From NCBI GenBank assembly GCA_965228475.1, contig OZ245817.1:768001-832000 (forward strand): a stretch of DNA of 64,000 bases, in the 5' to 3' direction. The first letter of the stretch is position 1; the number at the start of each line of letters is the position of its first letter. Positions 18,231 through 27,962 of the stretch are shown one piece after another. The DNA is from Myxococcota bacterium. Its GTDB lineage: Bacteria; Myxococcota_A; UBA9160; JAFDDA01. Made by a program: the position numbers and the translations under genes. Under the pieces are notes generated by a model. It was given only the letters and a program-made list of their open reading frames with translations. It did not search any database and was not told the DNA's origin.

Positions 18231-20711
18231 ATGCCGAACGTCGCCCGACTCGCCTCCCTCTTCATCCTGCTGTCATGCCTGAACAGTGCACCCGCGGAAG
18301 CCAGCGAACCCTACCGCCGTGACCTGAACGCCCCCGGAGACGAGCTCGTCACCTTCGACCCGGGAACCGGGCTCGAATGGCTCGACCCCTCGGTCACGGC
18401 GTGGCTCTCGTACGAAGACATCGTTGCTGGCGTCGGCGGCTTTGCTGCCGCCGGTTGGCGCCACGCGACGCTCTCCGAACTCTGCAACCTGCAGGCTTCC
18501 AGCGTGCTCTCGGTCCCGTGCGGTGAGGAGTTCACGATCACGGAGTACTCGACTTCGGAGATCGAGAGCTTCTCGTCCTGGTGGACCCTGCTCGGAGCCA
18601 GCGGGCCCTTCGGCTGCTCCCTGCAAACCGACGCCGCCTACGACGGTGGGGGCCCGGCCGAAGCGGGACGCTTTCGGATCAACCTTCCGTTCGGCCTCCC
18701 CAACGTCGCGCCCTGCGAGCTCGGTCCGTCTCCTCCGGACACCGTGACCACCGTCTTCGAGTTCGTCACCGTCGCCCGAAACGAACCGGTGGGCGGTCAC
18801 CTCCTCGTGCGAACCGCCTGCAGCGACGGGCAGGACCAGGACGGTGACGGCCTGGTGGATCTCGCCGATCCCGACTGCGCCGACCCGAACGACGCGTCCG
18901 AATGGAGCCTCGCGGAGGGCGACATTCTCGTGGCCGATCTGCACCTGTACCGCGTGGATCCGGCGAGCGGCGCGACGACGCTGCTCGCGTCCTACGTCGA
19001 GGCGTCCGGGGTCGCGGCGGTCGCCGATGGAACCGTGTACTTCTTCGACGAGTTCCGGAGCCGGATCTACCGCATCGATCCCGACGGCCGCATGCCCGTC
19101 ATCTACGTCGACCCGCCGAACAACTGGGATCAGCTGCTGACGTCGACCGCCGACGGGAGACTCGCCTTCGAGAGTGGTGGCACCCTTCGCCTGCTCGATC
19201 CGATCGCGGGGCCCATCGACGCGCTGGGCAGCACGGGCGGTCGCCCGGAGGGTCTCACCGTCACTCCGTCCGGCACGGTGGTCTGGGGGCACTGGGGCCT
19301 TCGCGAGAAGAACCCGGGCGCGGCCGGCTACGTGGAGCTGGCGGACGTCGAGAGCCTCGACGTCGGGCCGATGGACGTCGCGCCCGACGGAAGTCTCCTC
19401 TTCCTCGCCCGCAATACGGAGGAGCTCTACCGGGTTCCCTTGCCCTTCGGCACCGCCGAAGAGCCCGTTGCCCTGAGCGATGGTCTCGCGCCCGCCGACA
19501 TGGACGTCCTCGCGGTCGAGTCGGATGGGTCGTGGCTCTTGAGCGCCGCCTGGCCCGAGAAGGCGATCCTCCGCTTCCCGGCCGGAGGAGGGTCTCCCGA
19601 GACCCTGTCCAGCGAAGGCCCGATCGTGAACCCGCAGCAGGTCGTCGTCTTCCGTCCCCCGGTCGATGGTCCCCAGTGCGCAAACGGCATCGACGACGAC
19701 CACGACGGCCAGGCCGACGCCGTCGATCCGGACTGCTCCGATGCGTCGGACGACAGCGAGTGGCACCTGGTGGCGGGCGAGCCCCTGGCCATCGCGAACG
19801 GGGTCGTCGCGCGCGTGGATCCGCTCTCCGGCGCGGCGACCGTGCTGACCTCGGCCGGCCAGGTAGGGGGTGTCGGTCTCGGGATCGACGGCGCGCTGTA
19901 CGTGACCGAGGACGGCGGCATCATGCGCCTCGATCCCGCCGACGGCTCGAAGGTCCGCGTTGCCTTCACCGAGGGCGCCCAACCCTTCGCCATCGACGGA
20001 GCCGGGGTGCTCTACCACGGCGGGCCGGACTACAACCCCTCGTTCCTCTACGTCGTCGATACGACTACGGGGAGTTGGAGCGGGTCGTCCTATCCCTTCT
20101 ATGACGAACTCGGCGGCCTGGTCGTCGAGCCTGCTGGAACCCTGGTCGCGGTGGAGGGGCCGAGCCTCGCGCGTATCGATCCCGCGACGTTCAGCGTCAC
20201 GACGCTGTGGTCGTCCTTCTCCCGCCCGATCGGAGGCATCGAACTCGAAGCCAGCGGCGATCTCCTGTTCATCAATCGGTACGTGTTCGGGCCCAACGAG
20301 ATCCGTCGCTTCGATCTGCAGGGCGGAGGGTCATCGACCCTGCTCGAGACGCTTCCGGCCGGGCACGCCGGCGGCATCATCGTCGAGCCGGACGGCTCCT
20401 GGTTGGCTGCGAGCGAAGGGGGTCTGTACCGGTTCGCGAACGGGGTGGGGCCGGCGATTCTGCTGCGCTCGACGGCGCAAGATCTCGAGCTCTTCCAGGT
20501 CGAGCTGCCCAGCGGAGCGACCGGCCCCCCGGCGTGCGCCAACGGTCTCGACGACGACGGCGACGGCCTGGTGGACCTTGGTGACCCCCACTGCGCCGAT
20601 GCGAGCGACGGGACCGAGGGGCCGACGGCCTGCGGTCTCGGGACTGAGATCGCCTTCCTGCTCCCGTTGCTCCGCCGGCTCCGCCGGCGGTGCCGTGCGG
20701 CCCGGGCCTAG
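18231..20711 (+). CDS. Secreted beta-propeller-like surface protein with three Cys/Asp-rich Ca-binding repeats and a C-terminal CGLG-hydrophobic-basic tail
   Basis: Signal peptide; repeats CSDGQDQDGDGLVDLADPDC, CANGIDDDHDGQADAVDPDC, CANGLDDDGDGLVDLGDPHC; many xDG/RxDP blade motifs. Confidence 0.75.
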   Translation: MPNVARLASLFILLSCLNSAPAEASEPYRRDLNAPGDELVTFDPGTGLEWLDPSVTAWLSYEDIVAGVGGFAAAGWRHATLSELCNLQASSVLSVPCGEEFTITEYSTSEIESFSSWWTLLGASGPFGCSLQTDAAYDGGGPAEAGRFRINLPFGLPNVAPCELGPSPPDTVTTVFEFVTVARNEPVGGHLLVRTACSDGQDQDGDGLVDLADPDCADPNDASEWSLAEGDILVADLHLYRVDPASGATTLLASYVEASGVAAVADGTVYFFDEFRSRIYRIDPDGRMPVIYVDPPNNWDQLLTSTADGRLAFESGGTLRLLDPIAGPIDALGSTGGRPEGLTVTPSGTVVWGHWGLREKNPGAAGYVELADVESLDVGPMDVAPDGSLLFLARNTEELYRVPLPFGTAEEPVALSDGLAPADMDVLAVESDGSWLLSAAWPEKAILRFPAGGGSPETLSSEGPIVNPQQVVVFRPPVDGPQCANGIDDDHDGQADAVDPDCSDASDDSEWHLVAGEPLAIANGVVARVDPLSGAATVLTSAGQVGGVGLGIDGALYVTEDGGIMRLDPADGSKVRVAFTEGAQPFAIDGAGVLYHGGPDYNPSFLYVVDTTTGSWSGSSYPFYDELGGLVVEPAGTLVAVEGPSLARIDPATFSVTTLWSSFSRPIGGIELEASGDLLFINRYVFGPNEIRRFDLQGGGSSTLLETLPAGHAGGIIVEPDGSWLAASEGGLYRFANGVGPAILLRSTAQDLELFQVELPSGATGPPACANGLDDDGDGLVDLGDPHCADASDGTEGPTACGLGTEIAFLLPLLRRLRRRCRAARA

Positions 20712-23215
20712 GGCCGCAGCGGCGTTCCGCCGATGAGCGGGTCGCAGGGCTCGGTGCCTTCGAAGAGCTCGAAGGGCGCGAAGCCGCCCGCCGTGGCGTT
20801 GCCGTCGCACAGGCCGTCGCAGGTGTCGACGATCTCGCCGGTCTCGAACCAGGTCGTGATCTGGCTCGCGGCCGCGCCGGTGCGGAAGCTCCGGCCGTGG
20901 GGGTCGCAGCCGGAGGTGGCGTCCTGGTTGCTGAGCGGCGGCACGAAGGGCAGGTCGTCCGGGTTCTCGAGGTCGTACATGCCGAGGTCGTGCCAGACCG
21001 CCGCGCCCTTGAACTTGCCGGCGTCCGCCGATAGCGGGCCGGGGACGTCGGGGACGCCGAGCCGGCCCGAGACGGCCGAGCCGCTCGGCCCGGCGGCGTC
21101 GTGCAGGTTCGGCAGGCCGAGGGTGCGCGCCATGATGTCGGTCGCGACGTTCGGCACGATGCCGTCGAAGCGCGCGACGGTCATCAGCATGTCCTTGGCC
21201 TTGCCGCTCCCGGGCAGCGGGTCCTCGGTCACGTGGCGCAGGTAGCCGGCCGGCTCGCCGCTGTCCCAGAGCTCTTCGGCGAGCCCGAAGAAGAGGGCCT
21301 GGGCCATGGGGTCCGGGTTCAGCAGGCCGAGCGCGATCGAGATCAGGCCGATGGCCGCCGAGCGCTGGATCATGATGCTGAAGTTGCTGCCCGGGACGTC
21401 CGCGCCCACGCGGCCGAGATCCGGCGAGAGCGCCGCGAGCTGGGTCCCCATGACGCCGCCGAGGCTCACGCCGAAGTAGTCGACGTTCTTCGTCCCGGTC
21501 GGGAAGACGCCTTCACCGTCGGGCGTCTGGAAGGCGGGGTGAGCGTTGAAGCGGCCCTCCTTCATCATGCGGCCGAGCACGAGGGCGTTCGTCATGCCCT
21601 GGCGCAGGCGGTCCGGCAGGGCGCCGAAGTTGTTCGCGTCGAACAGCACGCCCTGGAGGATGAAGCTCGGCTGGAAGAGGTTCGAGAAGTCGAGGTCGAA
21701 GCTCGAGAGCCCGAGCCAGTCCGTCGCCCCGGCGATGCGGATGAAGTCCGGCAAGCCGTAGTCGTTCTGCACGTTGCCGAGTGCGCCGGCGAGCCCGACG
21801 GCCTGGCGCGCGTTCCCGAACAGGCCCGGCCCGTGCTGGATCGGCGCGATCTTCTCTTCCCCGGCGGTGAGGACCTCGCAGGGCAGGTTGATCGAGAAGT
21901 TCGCGTTCATGAGGCCCTGGGCCTCGGGCAGGCCGTCGCCGTCGGCGTCGACGAGGCGGCCGCCGGTGACCGGGTCGAGCAGCGGGTCCGAGTCGAGGAA
22001 GAGTGGCGAGGCGAACTGGCCGCGGAGCTGCCGCCAGTGCCGCGTGCCCGGCACGCTGCAATCGTTCTGGATCGAGAAGTCGCCCGCCAGGTCGTCGCCC
22101 GGGCCCGCGAAGGGGTAGACGTGGAAGGTCGGATCGGTCTCGGCGGCGAGCCAGGCGTAGGCGTGGTCGCGCATGGCGAGCATCTCGCGCGTCAGGCCCT
22201 CGTCGCTCTGAACGACGAAGTCGAAGGCGAGCACGAGCTCGCTGCGCACGACGCCGATCTTCTCGAGCTTGCGCAGCACCCAATCCGTGTGCTCCCGGCG
22301 TGCCTCGACGCCGGCGATGTCGCTCGGGCGTCCGTCGCGCAGGGCCGCGAAGACGGGCTCCGCCGCGATGTCCTCGCCGGCCAGATTCTTGAGCCCGCGC
22401 ATCGCGACCAGGTAGCGGTGCCCGGGGCGCAGACCCTCGGCGGGGCGCAGGAAGAGGACGGCGCGGTCGGGCTGGCCCGCGGCGAGCGCGCGGCCGTCCA
22501 TCTCGATGAAGTGCGGAACGGGAACCATGCCCGAGTCGACGTCGATCAGGAGCGTCGGGCTGTCGGGCTGGAGGGAGGTGTCGTCGAAGGTGCGGGTGTC
22601 CGCGCGCAGGTGCGACGCGCCCGAGAGCACCGGGTCGACGCCGCCCGGGAAGTGCATGAGGACCTGGGCGGCGGGGCTGAAGCCGTCCTGCCCGCCGAAG
22701 GGCGCGCTCTGGAGCGAGGCGCCTGAGAGGATGGGAAGTACGCCTTCCGGGTACGCGACCTCGAAGCCGGTCGGCGTCGCCGCGGGGGTGAGGTAACGGG
22801 AAGAGGGGAAGGGGAGCAGGCAGTCGGCGCCGTTCAGGAGCTCGCAGTCGTCCGGGCGGTCGAGGCCGCGGCGCTCGAACCAGTTCTCGGACTCGAGCGT
22901 GACGAGCATGCCGGCCATGTCGAAGACCGCGCGCGCCGAGAGCGCGAAGCGGCCTTCGCCGAGTCCGGCGAGCTCCCCGCGCGCCACGCCGTCCTCGACG
23001 GTGAAGTCCGCGAGGCCGAGGCTCGGCGCGCCGTCCACGGCGAGCTCGAGCTCCACCAGCTCGCCGATCGGCGGAAGCCGGAGGGCCACGGCGCTCGGGC
23101 CCGAGGCCCCGGTGAGCAGTCCGGGCTTCGGCTCGAGGAAGGGGAGACCGGTTTCGACGGAGCAGGAGCTTCCGAGGAAGAGGATCGAGAGCAGGGTGGC
23201 GGTGCGGCGGAACAC
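20708..23215 (-). CDS. Probable lipoprotein, large alpha/beta hydrolase (lipase/esterase-like), paralog 1
   Basis: GTG start with GGAGG; signal ending GSSC; CLLPFPS, DGFSP, nucleophile elbow GVSLGG, DPHG. Confidence 0.78.
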   Translation of the reverse strand: MFRRTATLLSILFLGSSCSVETGLPFLEPKPGLLTGASGPSAVALRLPPIGELVELELAVDGAPSLGLADFTVEDGVARGELAGLGEGRFALSARAVFDMAGMLVTLESENWFERRGLDRPDDCELLNGADCLLPFPSSRYLTPAATPTGFEVAYPEGVLPILSGASLQSAPFGGQDGFSPAAQVLMHFPGGVDPVLSGASHLRADTRTFDDTSLQPDSPTLLIDVDSGMVPVPHFIEMDGRALAAGQPDRAVLFLRPAEGLRPGHRYLVAMRGLKNLAGEDIAAEPVFAALRDGRPSDIAGVEARREHTDWVLRKLEKIGVVRSELVLAFDFVVQSDEGLTREMLAMRDHAYAWLAAETDPTFHVYPFAGPGDDLAGDFSIQNDCSVPGTRHWRQLRGQFASPLFLDSDPLLDPVTGGRLVDADGDGLPEAQGLMNANFSINLPCEVLTAGEEKIAPIQHGPGLFGNARQAVGLAGALGNVQNDYGLPDFIRIAGATDWLGLSSFDLDFSNLFQPSFILQGVLFDANNFGALPDRLRQGMTNALVLGRMMKEGRFNAHPAFQTPDGEGVFPTGTKNVDYFGVSLGGVMGTQLAALSPDLGRVGADVPGSNFSIMIQRSAAIGLISIALGLLNPDPMAQALFFGLAEELWDSGEPAGYLRHVTEDPLPGSGKAKDMLMTVARFDGIVPNVATDIMARTLGLPNLHDAAGPSGSAVSGRLGVPDVPGPLSADAGKFKGAAVWHDLGMYDLENPDDLPFVPPLSNQDATSGCDPHGRSFRTGAAASQITTWFETGEIVDTCDGLCDGNATAGGFAPFELFEGTEPCDPLIGGTPLRP

Positions 23216-23466
23216 GGAACCTCCGAGGGGATGCAGCCCGGGGCCTCCGGGGTGAAACAGGGACAAGGCCGGCGAGCAGCTTGGCCGAATCGGCGACTGA
23301 CCGCCAGTTCAAAGAAGACCCTGACCGAGGCGGGCCCCGTGGCGCTCCTGGGCGAGGGGAATGCCCCGCTTTGCCTTACTTTTCCCTTCCATTTCAGGGA
23401 TTTGACGGCGTATCCTGGCCGGTCGCCAAACGCCCGGTCAACGCCCGACCGAACCTGGAGTTCCCG

Positions 23467-26028
23467 ATGCGCCGTACCTGCACCCTCTTCTTCGCCGTCT
23501 CCGCCGCCGCCTTCCTGAGTGGCTGCGAGCCCGATGGGGACCTCTCGGTCTTCTCCTTCAGCAAGCCCGAGGAAGGCCAGCTCTCCCTCGCCGGGGACGT
23601 CGCCACCCACGTCGTCTTCCCGGCCGGCGTCGACCGCTCGAGCCTCCGCGTCACCCTCGACGGCGAGGACGTGACCGAGCTCTACGAGACCTCCGTGGCG
23701 GACGTGACCGTCGGCCCGGGAGAGCACCAGCTCGTCGCGACGCTCCAGGTAGGAGACCAGCTTCTCACCGCCACGCGCAACTTCGAAGCGATCCTCGTGA
23801 CGAAGCCCGGCGCCTGCGACGGCCTGACCGACGCCGAGTGCTACGCGCTGAACGCCCAGATCGGGGCCGAGTGCGATCTGTTCAACACGGCCGAGTGCCT
23901 GCTCCCGTACCCGTCGGCGAAGTTCCTCGAGCCCGGCCCGACGCCGACCGGACTCACCGCGGCGATCCCGCAGATCGGCATCCCGCGCGTCAACGGCCCG
24001 ATCCAGGTGCCCGCCTCCCTGGCCGACGGGATCGACGGCTTCAGCCCGACGGTCCAGATGCTGATGCATTTCCCGCAGGGCGTGGACGTCGTGGCGTCGG
24101 GCCTCTCGCGGCTGCTGCCGCCGTGCCTCGGGCTGGTCGGCGAAGACCCGGAGTGCGTCGCCGCGACGGGCCCGCCCTGGGACGGCAGCGTCCGCACCCA
24201 CGACGCGCGGTCCCTCGACGCCGACCACCCGACCGTGCTCATGACCTGGAACGGCGAACGCGTCCTCCACTGGACGGAGAACGACATCGCGCCGCAGGAG
24301 TCTGGCCGCCAGGCCTTCCTTCTGCACCCCGCCGAGAGCCTCGAGCCCGGCGGGCGCTACATCGTGGCGGTGCGCAACCTGATCTCGCCCGACGGCCCCG
24401 CCGTCGAAGCGGAGCCCGTCTTCGCCGCCGTGCGCGACGGCCGCCCGACGGACATCCCCCAGCTCCTCGAGCGCCAGCAGAAGAACGAGCACATGTTCAA
24501 AAAGCTCGAGCAGGCCGGCGTCGCGCGCGAGGATCTGATCCTGGCCTTCGAGTTCACCGTGCAGTCGAGCGAGGGGCTGACCCGCCAGATGCTCTCGATG
24601 CGCGATCAGGGCATGCAGTGGCTGGCGGACCAGACCCAGCAGAACTTCACCGTCACCGACGACGGCCGGGCGGACGAGAACGACTGCTCGAACCCGGAGG
24701 AGAACATCTGGCGCGTCGTCGAGGGCCAGTTCAGCGCGCCGCTCTTCCTCGAGTTCCCGCCGAACCAGACCACCGTCGGCGAGCACACCGTCGATGCCGA
24801 CGACCTCCCCGTGCAGAACGGCACCTGGGACGAGGCGCCCTTCCACGTCTCGCTTCCCTGCCTGCTCCATCCCGAGTACGGGGACCCCGCCGCCGCGGTG
24901 CACACGATCCTGCTCGGCCACGGCATCTTCGGCCGGGGCGAGGGCATGGTGCGCGGCGTCGCGCCGGGCGCGGCGGACCTGATGGACTTCTGGCGCGATC
25001 CGCCGGCGCCGCTCGTGGCGCGCGACACGCGGGAGTGGAACTACGTCGCCGGCGCGACGGACTGGAGCGGCTGGAGCAGCCCCGACTTCGTCTGGGTGGG
25101 CGGCGCGATCATCGGCCTGTTCACGAGCAACCTGCACCAGTTCCCGGCCTTCCCGGACCGCCATCGCCAGGGCCAGCTGAACACGCTGATCCTCTCGCGC
25201 ATGATGAACGAGGGCCTCTTCAACCAGGACCCGGCCTTCCAGGATTCCGAGGGCAACGGGCTGCTGCCGGTGCCGAAGGACGACCCGGACTCCGGCCACT
25301 ACTACTACGGGATCAGCATGGGCGGCGTGCAGGGCCTCTTCCACGCCGCGATCTCCCAGGACATCGAGAAGTTCGGGATCGACGTCGGCTCGATGAACTT
25401 CTCCTTCCTGCTGCCGCGCTCGACCCAGTTCAACACCGTGAACCCGAACGACATCGACTTCCGCACGCTGCTCGGGAACGTCGGCCTCTCGGACGATCTC
25501 GACGTGGCGATCGGCGTCGCCCTCCTGCACGAGCTCTGGGTCTCGGCGGATCCGGCCGGCTACATGACGCGCACCGTCGGCAGTGACCTCCTGCCGGGCA
25601 ACAACTTCCCGAAGAAGATCTACATGTCGCCGGCCTGGCTCGACTACCAGGTCTCGAACCACGGCACGGAGATCACGTCGCGGACGCTCGGGCTCTCGAG
25701 CGGGCCGGGCTCGGTCCAGAAGGGCCTCGTCGGGATTCCCGACGTGCCGGACGACGGGCAGGGGCTCGACTCGGCCCTCGTCATGTGGGACACGGGCCTC
25801 CACGACATCCTCGATCCGAACACCCTCGACGAGTACCCGCCCCTCGCGCCGCAGGTCGTCCAGGACCCGAACGGGGATCCCCACGGTGCGCGGCCCTTCA
25901 TCCCGGCGACCCTCCAGACGCTGATGACCTTCCTGCAGCCGGGCGGGCAGATCGAGAACTTCTGCGACGACGACGGCATCTGCGATGCCTCGCAGGCCTG
26001 GGAGTGCGGCGGAGGGAATTGCCCCTGA
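23467..26028 (+). CDS. Lipoprotein, large alpha/beta hydrolase (lipase/esterase-like), paralog 2
   Basis: ATG with GGAG; lipobox LSGC; CLLPYPS, DGFSP, GISMGG, DPHG. Confidence 0.8.
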   Translation: MRRTCTLFFAVSAAAFLSGCEPDGDLSVFSFSKPEEGQLSLAGDVATHVVFPAGVDRSSLRVTLDGEDVTELYETSVADVTVGPGEHQLVATLQVGDQLLTATRNFEAILVTKPGACDGLTDAECYALNAQIGAECDLFNTAECLLPYPSAKFLEPGPTPTGLTAAIPQIGIPRVNGPIQVPASLADGIDGFSPTVQMLMHFPQGVDVVASGLSRLLPPCLGLVGEDPECVAATGPPWDGSVRTHDARSLDADHPTVLMTWNGERVLHWTENDIAPQESGRQAFLLHPAESLEPGGRYIVAVRNLISPDGPAVEAEPVFAAVRDGRPTDIPQLLERQQKNEHMFKKLEQAGVAREDLILAFEFTVQSSEGLTRQMLSMRDQGMQWLADQTQQNFTVTDDGRADENDCSNPEENIWRVVEGQFSAPLFLEFPPNQTTVGEHTVDADDLPVQNGTWDEAPFHVSLPCLLHPEYGDPAAAVHTILLGHGIFGRGEGMVRGVAPGAADLMDFWRDPPAPLVARDTREWNYVAGATDWSGWSSPDFVWVGGAIIGLFTSNLHQFPAFPDRHRQGQLNTLILSRMMNEGLFNQDPAFQDSEGNGLLPVPKDDPDSGHYYYGISMGGVQGLFHAAISQDIEKFGIDVGSMNFSFLLPRSTQFNTVNPNDIDFRTLLGNVGLSDDLDVAIGVALLHELWVSADPAGYMTRTVGSDLLPGNNFPKKIYMSPAWLDYQVSNHGTEITSRTLGLSSGPGSVQKGLVGIPDVPDDGQGLDSALVMWDTGLHDILDPNTLDEYPPLAPQVVQDPNGDPHGARPFIPATLQTLMTFLQPGGQIENFCDDDGICDASQAWECGGGNCP

Positions 26029-26100
26029 CCGAGGCGCCCGCGTCGGGCGCGGCGAGACCGCTCGGGGCACTGCGACGGAACGCCTCGCAATGCCGACATC

Positions 26101-26153
26101 GCGAAACCCCGGTTCGGGCCGGCGAAAGCCCTCCGAAGCGGGGTTTTGCTTTT
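26101..26153 (+). terminator. Probable intrinsic terminator after hydrolase gene
   Basis: gcgaaaccccg...cggggttttgc stem with inner ggc-gaaa-gcc hairpin, followed by TTTT. Confidence 0.6.
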
Positions 26154-26179
26154 GAAACCCGGCCCATGGCGGCTATTCT
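26152..26179 (+). promoter_or_regulatory. Candidate sigma70 promoter for frd operon
   Basis: TTGAAA-N16-TATTCT about 60 nt upstream of the frdA start. Confidence 0.4.
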
Positions 26180-26238
26180 CCCAACTCCCCGAGCCCTGCC
26201 GCGCCGCGCGGGCTCGAGTGCAAATCGGAGAACGTGTC

Positions 26239-27960
26239 TTGGTCGAGGTATTCCGACACGACGTCGTGATCGTCGGCGGTGGAGCCGCGGGTCTGCGAGC
26301 CGCCATCGAGGTGGTGGAGCAGGATCCGAACGCCACCGTCGCCATGGTCTCGAAGGTCTATCCCATGCGAAGCCACACCGTTTCGGCGGAGGGGGGTTCC
26401 GCGGCCGTCGCGCGCGAGGACGACAGCCTCGAGATGCACGGCTACGACACGGTGAAGGGCTCGGACTTCCTGGGCGACCAGGACGTGATCCAGGCCTTCG
26501 TCGAGGAAGCGCCGAAGGAGCTGACGCGCCTCGAGCATTGGGGCTGCCCCTGGAGCCGCAACGAAGACGGCACCGTGGCCACGCGCGCCTTCGGCGGCAT
26601 GACCACCAAGCGCACGTGGTACGCCGCCGACAAGGTCGGCTTCCACATGCTGCACACGCTCTTCCAGACATCGATGAAGTACGACCGCATCGTCCGCTAC
26701 GACGAGCGCTTCATGACGAAGCTCCTCGTCGAGGACGGCCGCTGCCAGGGCGTCGTGGCGATGGACATCCGCACGGGCGCGATGGAGGTCTACCTCGGCC
26801 GCGCCGTGATCCTCGCGACGGGCGGCGCCGGCAAGATCTTCCCGTTCACCACGAACGGCAACATCAAGACGGGCGACGGCATGGCCGCGGCGTACCGCGC
26901 CGGCGTGCCGTTGAAGGACATGGAGTTCGTCCAGTACCACCCGACCGGGCTGCCGGGAACGGGCATCCTGATCACCGAGGCCACGCGAGGCGAGGGCGGT
27001 CACGTCAAGAACAAGGATGGCGAGCGCTTCCTCGTGACGCGCGACTACGGCGTCGGCACCAAGGCCGAGCTCGGCCCGCGCGACATGATCTCGCGCGCGA
27101 TCGTGCAGGAGATCGAGGCGGGCCGCGGCTTCGAGGGGCCCTACGGCGAGTTCGTCCACCTCGACCTCACGCATCTGGGCGAAGCGAAGCTGAAGGAGCG
27201 CCTGCCCTTCGTGCTCGAGCTCGGGCGCACCTACGCCAACGTCGACCCGGTCACCGAGAGCATCCCGATCCGCCCGGTGGTCCATTACATGATGGGCGGC
27301 GTCGACACGAACATCGACGGCGCGACCGACGTCCCCGGCCTCTACGCCGCGGGCGAGGTCGCCTGCGTCTCGCTCAACGGCGCGAACCGGCTCGGCTCGA
27401 ACTCGCTGTCCGAGTGCGTGGTCTTCGGCGCGCGCTCCGCGCGCAAGGCCCTCGAGTACGCCAAGGGCGTGGGCGACGCCGACGAGGCCCGCCTGCGCAA
27501 GGAAGGCTTCGAAGAGGGCGATCGGCTCGAGAAGCTGCGCGGCAAGTCCGGCGGCGAGAAGATCTCGGCCGTCCGGCGCGATCTCAACACCGCCATGGAG
27601 AAGGGCTTCGGCGTCTACCGCGAAGAGTCCACGCTCCAGCAGGGCGTCGCGGACGTCGCGGCGGTGAAGGCGCGGCTCGCGGACCTGTCCCTCGAGGACA
27701 CGAGCACGGTCTTCAACACCGAGATCATCGCGGCGCTCGAGCTCGTGAACATGGTCGACTGCGCCGAGAGCCTCGCGGCGGCGGCGGCGGTGCGGAAGGA
27801 ATCCCGCGGCGCCCACACCCGCAAGGACTACAAGGAGCGCGACGACGCGCACCACCTGCATCACTCGATGGTCTACTGGGACCCGAACGGCGGCGCGCCG
27901 CGCGTGGACAAGAGTGACGTCACGCTGGGCCACTGGGAGCCCGAGGAGCGGAAGTACTAG
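26239..27960 (+). CDS. frdA: Fumarate reductase flavoprotein subunit
   Basis: GGGAAG; KVYPMRSHTVSAEGG (Glu, FrdA-type); GFHMLHTLFQTS, QYHPT, ELGPRD, GANRLGSNSL; TTG start with GGAG. Confidence 0.93.
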   Translation: MVEVFRHDVVIVGGGAAGLRAAIEVVEQDPNATVAMVSKVYPMRSHTVSAEGGSAAVAREDDSLEMHGYDTVKGSDFLGDQDVIQAFVEEAPKELTRLEHWGCPWSRNEDGTVATRAFGGMTTKRTWYAADKVGFHMLHTLFQTSMKYDRIVRYDERFMTKLLVEDGRCQGVVAMDIRTGAMEVYLGRAVILATGGAGKIFPFTTNGNIKTGDGMAAAYRAGVPLKDMEFVQYHPTGLPGTGILITEATRGEGGHVKNKDGERFLVTRDYGVGTKAELGPRDMISRAIVQEIEAGRGFEGPYGEFVHLDLTHLGEAKLKERLPFVLELGRTYANVDPVTESIPIRPVVHYMMGGVDTNIDGATDVPGLYAAGEVACVSLNGANRLGSNSLSECVVFGARSARKALEYAKGVGDADEARLRKEGFEEGDRLEKLRGKSGGEKISAVRRDLNTAMEKGFGVYREESTLQQGVADVAAVKARLADLSLEDTSTVFNTEIIAALELVNMVDCAESLAAAAAVRKESRGAHTRKDYKERDDAHHLHHSMVYWDPNGGAPRVDKSDVTLGHWEPEERKY

Positions 27961-27962
27961 GC

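Noticed and set aside
22834..26070. 1078-aa minus-strand ORF
   Set aside because: Shadow of the hydrolase gene; the same applies to the many Arg/Pro/Gly-rich alternate-frame ORFs.
26030..26153. Riboswitch or ncRNA upstream of frdA
   Set aside because: No recognisable aptamer; a terminator plus promoter explains it. An Rfam scan would settle it.
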